Source: Sphaerodactylus townsendi (lineage: Eukaryota). From it: a stretch of DNA of 63,878 bases. Both the position numbers and the translations under genes were made by a program. The stretch is from assembly GCF_021028975.2 (NCBI RefSeq), contig NC_059439.1, positions 34,348,001-34,411,878 of the forward strand, in the 5' to 3' direction. The stretch's first letter is position 1; every line of letters begins with the position of its first letter. Positions 22,901 through 34,000 of the stretch are shown here, in pieces. The notes under the pieces were generated by a model that saw only the letters and a list, made by a program, of their open reading frames with translations, searched no databases and was not told the DNA's origin.

Positions 22901-24815
22901 TGGAGAGCTGTGCACCGTGGCTGGGCATCCCAGGGCTCTGCCGTGGCCGGGCTTTGGCGGGTTTGCTCCTTCCCTGGTATAAGTGCCCTGTAGACAGCAA
23001 AGCCACCGCTGTAAGCCTGCGCCACCTTTATAGAGGGACTCCCCACCCCCCCAATCGTGCTGTCAATTTGTTTTTGTGGTTTCTGTATATTTTATTTTGT
23101 TGTTGTTTGATTGTCAGCCAGGGTGAAGAGTGGCACAAAGAGGGTTTTTTAAGATTACCCCCCTCCCCCATATTTTAACCAATTACGCGAGCCATCTCAA
23201 AGGGTTTTCCAGCATCCTGTTCCATGAAAACACTCAAACCATGATACCATAATATGCGACCTTTTGGTGGAAGCCGGCAAGTGTTGGTCGGCAAAACTAA
23301 ACTTGCTCATCAGGGTAATTTCGAGTCGAGTGGCTCTATTGGCACGTGTGGCCAGGAAAATGAGGTTGAAAACTGACGTTAGCATGTAATGCTATTGTTT
23401 TTAAACTAATTTAATCTATTCTTTAATGCATATATGGATGGTATAGGTTCTTTAAGATGGTATATCAACGATTGGACGACATTGACTACCAAAATGATAA
23501 TGCCTCATTTCCTGCTCTATATAGACCATTGAAATCTGGTAGTGGTACAGTAATGGCCCCCTACATTCAACATATTACCATAGCCAAATACCGATGGGCC
23601 TTTTCTAGAGCACGGTTTGACGCATTTCCATCATCTATGCTTATAGGCAGATTTGGGAAAACCCCTTGGCATTTGAGGAAATGTGTTTGTAATTCTGGGG
23701 ACGTTGATTCTATGATACATATCTTGTTACACTGCATGCTGCATAAGGCAGAAAGAGAGCTCTTTATTTTACCTCTGCTTGTGCAACACAGCTTGATAAT
23801 TGCAAAGGATCCTGACCAAGAGATTAGGAAAATGCTGTTGGAAGACAAGGATGCAACCATCTCCCAGCAGGTAGCAAAGTTCTGTGCACTGGCGTATAAA
23901 AAACGCAAGGGCCTACTTAATCAGGGATGAGCTGAAAGCCAAACATTCATGTAAATGGTTAGCTGTAATAATTGTTGTAATTTGCTGTTGTGGACGTGTG
24001 CTGTTGTTTTGTTTTGTCTTTGCTGGCCTTTTGCCGTATTAAACTATCTATCTATCTATCTATCTATGGTATAGGTTCTGTGTTACTGTAAGACATTGTG
24101 ATGGCCAATGGCCAACAATAAAATCTATCTTACTTATCTTACCTACTCCTCAGGGTATGGCTAACCTTGATATTATTTTTCTGTGCTCCTCCTGTATACC
24201 TGAACATATGTATTTCTAATCCATAGGTGTCAAACTCACGGCCCTCCAGATGTTATGGACTACAGTTCCCATCATGCTGGCAGGGGATGATGGGAACTGT
24301 AGTCCATAACATCTGGAGGGCTACCAGTTTGACACCTGTGTTCTAATCCCTTTCCCCCTGAAGAACCACAAAACATCATGAGAACATGCAGCCAAATACA
24401 CCCTAAAGTATTACAGCTTTCCAAAATGTTCTCAAACTGTATTTAAGGAGAAAATGATTGCTGGAGCAACCCTCACTTAATGAACAGCACGAAAACAGAG
24501 AATCATTTCCATCGATGAATACGTCACTGTTATTTTTAACACTGGAGAAAATTACCTGAACTACCCCAAAGCATATACAAATGCTACCTGGTTGAACACA
24601 GTAGGCCACGCAATGGCTTTGTCATGAATGATGAACTTTCTGTCAGGAGGAGCCTTTGAATCCGTCTTTCCAACTTTGACTCGAAGGAAGGACTGGTTTG
24701 GGAAGGTGACCCAGTTGACAACATCAAATTCGGTGACTAATTCCCCATTTTGGTCAAAGGAAATCTGTTCCCCAGCACTGTTATTGAAGGAAACACTTCT
24801 GAGAAAATGGTGGAG
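16939..24815 (-). CDS. V2R gene C, partial (exons 4-6; exons 1-3 not in the assembled sequence)
   Basis: Exons 24588-24815, 20139-20265, 16939-17840 are open with GT-AG flanks. Upstream sequence ends in a CR1 fragment and an N-gap at 26153. Confidence 0.9.
17985..19215 (-). mobile_element. RTE-X-like LINE fragment split by a SINE and a gap
   Basis: (TATTG)n tail; degenerate ORF pieces at 18101-18286 and 18846-19048. Confidence 0.6.
18561..18833 (-). mobile_element. tRNA-derived SINE (Squam3-like)
   Basis: Reverse complement of the 60946 family. Confidence 0.8.
19385..19967 (+). mobile_element. L2-like LINE 3' end with a (TAAA)n tail
   Basis: [15 protein letters not shown] motif; microsatellite 19887-19967. 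Confidence 0.7.
20139..20265 (-). CDS. V2R gene C exon 5
   Basis: 127 bp [14 protein letters not shown]...CCYDCLACP. Confidence 0.92.
20357..20740 (+). mobile_element. L1-like 3' end
   Basis: IALGWK..WT..KW ORF2 tail, G-rich UTR, A-rich end, TSD AAAATTCCACAGTTCT. Confidence 0.8.
21066..22817 (-). repeat. Tandem array of about 14 x 123 bp CR1 3'-terminal units
   Basis: Unit taagaacataagaa...gcaatggcct matches the 3' end and (TTCTTATG)n tail of CR1 copies at 12776 and 26030-26152. Confidence 0.95.
23451..24065 (+). mobile_element. RTE-X-like LINE 3' end
   Basis: ORF 23457-23930 with CVC...HILLHC zinc knuckle, (CTAT)n tail, TSD ATGGTATAGGTTCT. Confidence 0.8.
24222..24340. mobile_element. Palindromic hAT MITE
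   Basis: Whole element folds back; TSD TTCTAATC. Confidence 0.88.
24588..24815 (-). CDS. V2R gene C exon 4
   Basis: 228 bp [20 protein letters not shown]...WPTVFNQ. Confidence 0.92.
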
Positions 24816-24863
24816 CTGCATGGGGTGAAAGCGGTATACCAGTTTATTAGGATGAATACAGTA

Positions 24864-25306
24864 TCACACCCCCGAAATCTAGCCCTGCTGTATATTTAGT
24901 ACAGCTTGTTAATTATAAGTGCAGATGGGTCATGACCAGAGCAAGGTGCAACTCATTCCCCTCTGTCTATCTTCAAGGTCGTTTCCTTAACATCCCACAA
25001 AGTGAGCGTTGTTTTCGGTACTGTCCCAACGCTATGGACTCAATCCCTCATATCCGGCTTTACTGTTCGAGGTATAATGATGTTAGAACCGATCTGAAAG
25101 CTTTACTACCTCTAGAATTTATGTTTTTCTCAGACAAACTAAAAATGTCTAAGCTATTGAACAGCCCTAATGTAGACATTTCTGAAGCAGTCGCTACATT
25201 TTTAATCCATGTTCTACATGATCTATGATGATCCTGTTTTTGTACTTGGAATGTATGGTACTTCTGGTTTATGCCTAATAAAGGTTTTTTGGATTGGATT
25301 GGATTG
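24864..25306 (+). mobile_element. RTE-X-like LINE 3' end
   Basis: ARCNSFPS..GRF..HIRLYC, (GGATT)n tail, TSD GAATACAGTAT. Confidence 0.75.
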
Positions 25307-25567
25307 GAATACAGTATGCCAATATGCAAACGTTCTCAAAAAGGAGAACCCGTGTAACTCTTCCCCTTGAAGCTGTCTTCAGACTCACAACTTACTCAGA
25401 ATCAAAACAGACACGGACCAGAAATCACTAACGACTAAAAGGTGATAGGGACAAATCCATAGAGACTCTCAAAGTTCCACCTTGTCCTCTTTTTGGAGGC
25501 AAATGGAAATAGGAAGCCAGAAATTTGGTTTAGAGAGAATGTATGAAATGTATTCAGGATGTTTTAC

Positions 25568-26152
25568 AAGAGAAAAAGTGCAGAGAAGGGCAACGAGGAT
25601 GATTGATTGGAGCACCTTCCTTATGAAGAGAGGCTGCAGTGTTTGGGGCTCTTTAGTTTGGAGAGGAGACGTCTGAGGGGGGATATGATTGAAGTCTATA
25701 AAATTATGCATGGGGTAGAAAATGTTGACAGAGAGATTTTTTTTCTCTCTTTCTCACAATACTAGAACAAGGGGGCATCCATAGAAAATGCTGGGGGGAA
25801 GAATTAGGACTAATAAAAGGAAACACTTCTTCATACAACGTGTGATTGGGGTTTGGAATATGCTGCCACAGGAGGTGGTGGTGGCCACTAACCTGGATAG
25901 CTTTAAAAAGGGTTTGGACAGATTTATGGAGGAGAAGTCAATCTATGGCTACCAATCTTGATCCTCCTTGATCTGAGATGGCAAATGCCTTAGCAGACCA
26001 GGTGCTCCAGAGCAGCAGCAGCAGCAGAAGGCCATTGCTTTCACCTCCTGCCTGTGAGCTCCCAAAGGCACCTGGTGGGCCACTGAGAGTAGCAGAGTTC
26101 TGGACTAGATGGACTCTGGTCTGATCCAGCAGGCTAGTTCTTATGTTCTTAT
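25568..26152 (+). mobile_element. 5'-truncated CR1 LINE
   Basis: [11 protein letters not shown]...; ends in a ttcttatgttcttat tail at the gap. Confidence 0.92.
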
Positions 26153-26235
26153 NNNNNNNNNNNNNNNNNNNNNNNNNNNNNNNNNNNNNNNNNNNNNNNN
26201 NNNNNNNNNNNNNNNNNNNNNNNNNNNNNNNNNNN
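26153..26235. other. Assembly gap (others at 18353-18560, 44885-44970, 49750-49915)
   Basis: N runs. Confidence 1.
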
Positions 26236-26655
26236 AATTCTTTGGACTCACAAAATGGGAATAGCACAGCTTCTGGAACGATGCATGGGACCCTACCGCA
26301 CTGTTTCCTGCCATCCTGGTAAACGCTATCTTGAATAAGCAGTTTCTTTTCCTTGAGAAAAGGACAGTACAACTTTTCCAGCTTCTTTCCCCTTTGATTT
26401 GCCTCCTGATAAGGCAACAACGAAGGGCATCATAATTAAAACTGTGTTACTTTATGGCAAGATCTTCTTATGCTCATTGGGGCATGAGCCAAAAAAGCCC
26501 TGGCCCGGCTCAAGGCTGATGGAACTTTTTCCAGGCTAGGGAGAGGGAAGGACAGGCCCACTGCTCTGGGGCTTTGAAAGCCCCCTTGCACCTCCTCCCC
26601 TGGGAGACGGAAGGACGGGATTTTTAGCACCTCAGAGCAGCTGCTGAGGAACTCT

Positions 26656-26791
26656 GGCCCCTTCCGCACACGCAAAATAATGCGTTTTCAAACCACTTTC
26701 ACAACTGTTTGCAAGTGGATTTTGCCATTCCGCTTCAAAGAGCACTGAAACCAGTTTGAAAGTGCATTATTCTGCATGTGCGGAATGAGCC
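26656..26791. mobile_element. 141-bp family MITE
   Basis: TCT 3-bp TSD. Confidence 0.85.
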
Positions 26792-27071
26792 TCTGAAAGC
26801 TCCCTTGCGTTCCCTCCCCTGGGAAAGGGAAGGACAGGGCTTTTAGCTGGCTGCTCCGGGTCTCTGAAAGCCCTCTCACTCTGCCTCCTCTGGGAGAGGG
26901 AAGGATGGGGCTCATAGCAACTCAGAGCAGATCAAACTGGAGCAAACCGGCTGAATCCCAACACTGGTCTAAGTGTATATCTATCTGCCTTAATCTATGT
27001 GGAAACCCAGAACTGATGCCAGTTCTCTATAGGTATCACCAGAAACTCAATGAAGTTTCTAGGGTTTCCTA

Positions 27072-27212
27072 GGCCCCTTCCGCACACGCAAAATAATGCG
27101 TTTTCAAACCACTTTCACAACTGTTTGCAAGTGGATTTTGCCATTCCGCACAGCTTCAAAGAGCACTGAAAGCAGTTTGAAAGTGCATTACTCTGCATGT
27201 GCGGAATGAGCC
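27072..27212. mobile_element. 141-bp family MITE
   Basis: CTA/TTA flanks. Confidence 0.85.
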
Positions 27213-27259
27213 TTAGAGAGGCGTAATGTAACTTCAGAACTCTCCCAAAAAGTGACATC

Positions 27260-27800
27260 ACACCATAGATCTGGCAGCCATTTTTATTTTATTCTTCTTT
27301 TGTTGTCATTAAGAGCTGGGAACAGGAGATTCCCCGTCCTTGTGGCAGACTGGCAACAATGCAGTAAGATTACTTGCTTCAGTTCAGTGTATTACTCCAG
27401 GATCTGTCCATTGGGAGTTCACAGAAGCAGGGAGCTGTTTCCTTGGACTTTGTAAATCCCCAGGCATTATGGCAGCATTGTACAAGAAAATAATATAATG
27501 TTAACATCGGTTTGAGGGAAATGACATCATAATGCTTTTTTTCTGAAATACGTTGGGGCTGATTACTATCATCCTTTCAATCATCAAATTAACCACAATT
27601 ACTTCCATGTCTATTCCAATTCCCTAGAGAGAATCAGCAGCCATTAGTAAAAGACTGAAGGAAACTATTAATAGTCCCCTCCATGTAATTCAGAGCAGGG
27701 GCAAGGGACAGAGAAGAATTCATCAAGCTCAGCCCTGACATTGGGATATACAAATGTACAATCAAAATGCCCGACCATTCAAACAGTATAGTCAGAGACA
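27260..27800 (+). promoter_or_regulatory. Putative V2R promoter/5'UTR block shared by genes A, B and D
   Basis: Homologous to about 930-1320 and 13955-14490; shared TCCCCAGGCA and TGACATCATAATG motifs. Confidence 0.4.
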
Positions 27801-27801
27801 C

Positions 27802-28076
27802 ATGGAAACTTTGTCTGAACAGCTAAACTTGTTTCCAGAACTAATTTTTTCACTCAAGACGGTGTTGTTTCTGGTGGTTGAATTTGCATTAATGCCTCTG
27901 GCAATGTGTAAGGTTCCTCTTAGTAAATGCCCCATCAGGGATCCACTTCCTATTGTTCACAAATACTATAAATCAGGGGATCTCATCATTGCTGCCATTC
28001 TGTCTCAGATCTACATTGCTATCGATCCAATCATGTTCGAAAAATGTCCCTCTGAGGAACTGTTTGCTGACCTTTC
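27802..28076 (+). CDS. V2R gene D exon 1
   Basis: METLSEQL...[13 protein letters not shown] donor. Confidence 0.85.
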
Positions 28077-31000
28077 GTAAGAAAATGCCCATTTTCATCC
28101 CCTTGTGCAAGTAGATTTGAGTGAGATTCAGGACGCTGGAAAATGGTTGGCACATAGTTCTGTTCTTGCTTTTCATTCTTGATTTCAAAATTCAAATGTT
28201 GTTGGGATCTGTTCTTCTCTTTCCGTGTTATGTTGCAGTTAAGTCTATTATGTTGGCCATTTTGAAGATTTGTTTAGCAGAATTATGACTGGTCAGCCCT
28301 CCTTGATTCTGCCAAGAGATATTCTGCATTCCAATCTACTGGTGGAGGAGCACGTATGTAGTTGGGAAATATTTTAATCTGACTGCCCTGAATGTGTATT
28401 GAGTGTCCTTTCTTTTTGCTTCTTTGTTGGTTCAAATTCCGATGGTCCCTGGGAAGGTATTTACTTATTACTTAGAGCATTTTTATGTCTTCTTTTTTGG
28501 GGGAAAGAATATTCTTCATCTGGTTGTGGTGGGTTTTCCAGGCTGTGTGGCCGTGGTCTGGTGGATCTTTCTCCTAATGCTTTGCCTGCGTCTGTGGCTG
28601 ACATCTTCAGAGGTATAGCACAGCAAGAAGTCTGTTACACACTGTGTCAAGAGAGAAGGGATTAGACACAGTCTGTAACAGACTTCCTTCTGTGATACAC
28701 CTCTGAAGATGTCAGCCACAGATGCAGGCGAAACGTTAGGAACAAGATCCACTGGACCATGGCCACGCAGCCCGGAAAACCCACCACAACCAGTTGAAAC
28801 CATCCGTGAAAGCCTTTGACAATATTCTTCATATCTACAGAGCTGTAAGATATTGCAAGGTCTATTTTCTCAAATGCAACTCTTCACATTCTGCAGATAT
28901 TGTCTTTCTGGCGTCTCAGATATAGTGAGGGGTTGATAGCAGCTACGTTGGGTTGCAATCAGACAGAAGAAGATTTCATTTTCTGCTTGAAGTCATCTGC
29001 TCTCATTGCAGGTTCCTGACTCACAACTACCAGCACATCCTAGCCTTGGATTTTGCTGTGAAGCAGATCAATGAAAATCCTCAGCTCTTACCCAACATCA
29101 CTCTGGGCTTTGACATCTACAACAGCCATTTCGATCCAAGCAAGACCTATCTTGCCTCAATGGAACTTCTCTCCACACAGGGCAGGTTCATCCCCAACTA
29201 CAAGTCTGCTGCCAAGAACCGTCCCATCGCGGTCATCACAGGACCTCACACTGACCTCTGTCTCTATGCGGCAACCATTCTGTGCACCTACAAGATCCCA
29301 CAGGTATGGTATAACCATGGAGAATGAACCATTAGCAAGCACTTTTTCTGGCCATTTAAATATGTTTTGCAGACAAGGAAAAGCATCATTGCAAGGTTAG
29401 GTAGAGCTCATATGTAGCTGAAAGGTTGTACACAGAACATAATTAGTTACATGCCTCTGTATTTATGTAATCAAACGATTCAGAGTGAATCCTTTTGTGT
29501 ATGTACCCATGATATAAGAATGTAGAGCTTGTGTACCTCATCTTGGCCTCCATTAATACAAAAAGTGAATTTAGTTGGCAGGTCAAATGATAGGTTCAAT
29601 AAAGTGTTATGGAAGCCGCGTAAACACGAATAGTAGTTTTGAAATCTCTCCCCCGCTACTCTGTCACTAGATCTCATACGGCTCTGCACCAAGGTCAGAC
29701 AACAAAATGCAAGCTGTTTTCTTCAACCAAATGTTCCCGAGACAGACTCACCAAAATATAGCGATTCTCCAACTTCTGTTGTATTTCAAGTGGACATGGA
29801 TTGGAATTATTTCTCTGCCTGATGAGGCAGGAGAAAGATTTGTACAGGACATGGTTCCTATGCTATCTCAGAATGGCATCTGCGTGGACTTCATAGCCAT
29901 AATGCCAGAAGTAGCTTTTTCCAGTGAAGTTGCTGAGGGAATGGCTGAGGCGGTTGAAAAGTATAAAGTTGTCATGGGAAGCACTGCCACAGTTTTGGTC
30001 CTCCATGGGGAAATTCACACCATGATTCTTTTAAGATTGTTCCTCCGATTCCCAGATACTATGGATATACCATTCAATGCAACCGGTAAACTCTGGGTTA
30101 TGACAGCTCAGATGGACTTCACCTCTCTACCCTTTCAAAGAAACTTCGACATCAGTTCTATCCATGGTGCCATATCCTTCGCAGTTCACTCAGTGGAGCT
30201 CTCAGGATTCCAGGAATTTATTCAGGAGAGAAAGATTAACTCTGAGGAAAAAGATGGCTTCATCAGACTCTTCTGGCAACTGGCTTTTCTTTGTTCATTC
30301 ACTGACTCCACAGCAGTCCAAGAGGATGGTGAAATCTGTACTGGAGAGGAGAAACTGAAGGACCTTCCTGGATCTGTTTTTGAAACCATCACAACTGCCC
30401 ACAGCTACAGCCTCTACAATGGAGTTTATGCTCTGGCACATGCTTTGCGAGATTGGCAGTTCTCCGGTTTCAGACACAGAGTAACCGCACACGGCAGGCA
30501 ATGGAATCTTCTGGATCAAGAGGGGTGGCAGGTGACATACCTTTATATATATATCCCACCCTATCCCCACATTCTAACCATACTCACTTATTTGTTAACT
30601 GGATTTGTTACCTAAAACATTTGTACCTGCTTTCCACAAGGAACTTATGATAGCTAACAAACAAACCACTGCAGGCACAACGTACCAAAAAATGAATTCT
30701 GGCCTTTTCAATCGCTGTAAAATATCCTGAATACATTTCATACAGGAAATTTCTGCATTCATATTTCCATTAACCTCCAAGAAGAGCTATTGGAATAGCT
30801 ATGCTAAAGGGAGGAAGTGAATGTGTTACCATGGTATCTCTGGAATGAACTAACTTCCCGAGAAAAGGCAGAGGAATAACAAACCTCTCTGAGGATTGGA
30901 GTAGTGAGTTTGTATGTTTAGCGGTAGTTAAAGTTTCCAAGTCATTTTAATGGCAATCCCAATTAAAATCCCATTTCAGTAAACCGTATCATAAGTTACA

Positions 31001-34000
31001 GCGGCTGGGAGTGGTGCATCTAATTCAACAGAATAATAGTGGGGGAAATATGATTTATATGAAAAAGAAGATGGCTCCATCAGGGACTTCTGGAAACAGT
31101 GGCTCCTTCCGCACATGCAGAATAATGCACTTTCAAACTGCCTTCAGTGCTCTTTTAAGCCTTGCAGAATAGCAAAATCCAATTGCAAACTGTTGTGAAA
31201 GTGGTTTGAAAACACGTTATTTTGCATGTGCGGAAGGGGCCAAAGTTTCGGTGTACCTTCTCCAACTCCACAGTTGACACGAATGGAGAAATGAGTACTG
31301 GAGAGGAGAAGTTGGAAGGTCTTCCGGGATCTGTTTTTGAAACAATCACAACTGTCCACAACCACAAACATACATATTACATACATCAGCCTTAATTGGC
31401 ATAAGATACACAGAAAAGAAATCAATAGACAAACCAGTCTGCCAGACATGTGGAAAGAGGAAAGAGTCCGCCACACATATGGAGGAGTGGGGAATCAAAC
31501 CCAGTTCTCCAGATTAGAGTCCACCTGCTCCTGTTCAGTACACCACACATGTTCTCACTGGTATGGTGACATATTAAATTTTGTAAGTCTTGCCATTGTG
31601 CACCTGAACATAGATTTAAGGAAAACAATAGCAACAGTTCTCTCGTTTGGCAATGCATCATCCCATTTCATATTTGCATATCTTGTGTATCTGTATGAAC
31701 TGGTGTTTTGCTTTTTGTCTGCCTTTAGCTCCACCACTTCCTGAGAAGTGTCTCCTTCAACAACAGCGCTGGGGAAAGCATTTCCTTCGACGCAAATGGG
31801 GAACTAGTAACCAACTTGGATATTGTCAACTGGGTCACCTTCCCAAATCAGTCCTTTCTTCGAGTCAAAGTGGGAAAGGCCGACTCAACGGCTCTTCCCG
31901 AAAAAATGTTCATCGTTAATGGCAAGGCCATTGCATGGCCCGCTATGTTCAACCAGGTAGGATTTTTAAATGTTCTAGGACATAGGTGTCAAACTCGCGG
32001 CCCTCCAGATGTTATGGACTACAGTTCCCATCACCAGCTGGCAGGGGATGGACTACAGTTCCCATCACCAGCTGGCAGGGGATGATGGGAACTGTAGTCC
32101 ATAACATCTGGCAGGGTCATGAGTTTGACACCTGTGTTCTAGGATATCTCGAGTAACTCTCCCAGTGTTGAAACAGGAATAAAATATTCCCATATTATTA
32201 TTTTTTTCTCTGTGTTCCTCTGCTGATGAGGTGATGAACAGTTAAAACAATCACTTTCTTCTAAAACAGTTGTTAGGAAAAGCTTTGGCCCCTTCCGCAC
32301 ACACAAAATAATGCGCTTTCAAACCACTTTCACAACTGTTTGCAAGTGGATTTTGCCATTCCGCACAGCTTCAAAAAGAGCACCGAAAGCAGTTTGAAAG
32401 TGCATTATTCTGCATGTGCGGAATGAGCCTTTGAAAAAACGGTTCGCTGTATTCTGGGTGATGGCATTAACGTCCTTTGTGTTCCTTCCAAGCAGAAGAC
32501 ATTAGAAATAAATATATATTCAGATAAATAGAAGGAGCAGGGAAAAGAAATACAAAGCATAGTAGTATCCTCACGGAAAGGCAGGGAAGAACTGGTTCTC
32601 ATGCCCCACTTTTCTCTGCCATAAGGAGCCTCAAAGCAGCTAAGAATTGGTCTTGCCTTCCCTTCTCTTCCACAAGGCTTAAGTCCATAAAGCCCAATGG
32701 GGGATTTCCAGCAGTTGGGGAGGTTTGTTTGCAATTTTAGCCTCCCCACCCCACTGGAAAATCTCCTTGGGAGTGGCAGGCTGGTGCAGCCATGGCGTCA
32801 GATCTGGATGCCTGATCGTTGGATGGCGCTGTGAACTGTTAAACATAAGGCAGAAATATATCCACCACATCAACTTTGCAAATTTCAGTTCTTGCTTGGG
32901 CCCTTATCTTTGGCTCCTTCCGCACATGCAGAATAATACACTTTCAAACTGCTTTCAGTGCTCTTTGAAGCTGTGCGGAATGGCAAAATCCACTTGCAAA
33001 CAGTGGTGAAAGTGGTTTGAAAATGCATTATTTTGCGTGTGCGGAAGGGGCCTTTGATTTTGCTGACTTGACTGGCATGGGATCTCAGCCTCGAGAGACT
33101 CCATTGCAGATGCGGTAGCTGTGGGCAGCTGTGATTGTTTCAAAAACAGATCCAGGACGTTCCCTCAGTTTCTCCTCTCCAGTACAGATTTCTCCATCCC
33201 TCTGGAATGTTGTGGAGTTTGAGAATGAATAAAAAGAAGCCTGTCTCCACAATAGTCTGATGAAGCCATCTTTTTCTTCAGAGTTAAGCTTTCTCTCCTG
33301 AATAAATGTCTGGAATCCTGAGAGCTCTACTGAGTGAACTGTGAAGGATATGGCACCATGAATAGAACTGATGTCCCAGCTTCTTTCAAAGGGTAGAGAG
33401 GTGAAATCCATCTGGGCTGTCATAGGCCGTTTCCCCACTTTGGTCGTTTCCCCTTTGCTGTGCACTACTCTCAGCGCACGTCATTTCTGGCGCGCGTCCG
33501 GGCTTCCCCAGAGCGCGGGGTCATCAAAAGGCGCCATTTTGAAGAGCGCCAGGAATGACGCGCGCGGAGGGGGCGCGAGAGTGGCAGCGTCGGGGCGGCT
33601 GCGTTGTCGCTGCCCCTGTAGTGGGGAGTGCCGCTGGACCCTGCGCTATTTGGGGAGAGTAGCGCGCAGCAGAAGGTAAGTGGGGAAAGGCCCTCAATCC
33701 ACAGTTCAGCTGTTGCATTTAGTGGTGTATCCTCAATTTCTGGGAATCGGAGGAACAGTTTAAAAAGTATCATGGTGTGAATTTCCCCATGTAGGACCAA
33801 AACTGTGGCACTGCTTCCCATGACAACTTTGTACTTTTTAACCACCTCAGCCATTCCCTCAGCAACTTCACTGAAAAATGTTACTTTGGGCATTATGGCT
33901 ACGAAGTCCATGCAGGTGTCATTCTGAGATAGCATAGGAACCGTGTCTTGTACACATCTGTCTCCTGTCTCATCAGGCAGAGAAATCATCCCAATCCACG

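Noticed and set aside
21095-22982. Long repeat-protein ORFs (215 and 366 aa)
   Set aside because: By-product of a stop-free 123-bp (multiple of 3) unit read antisense to the CR1 3' end; no real start codon, and broken mid-array.
22818-23400. Possible structured RNA in GC-rich intron sequence
   Set aside because: No motif, repeat or boundary I could support; left unclassified.
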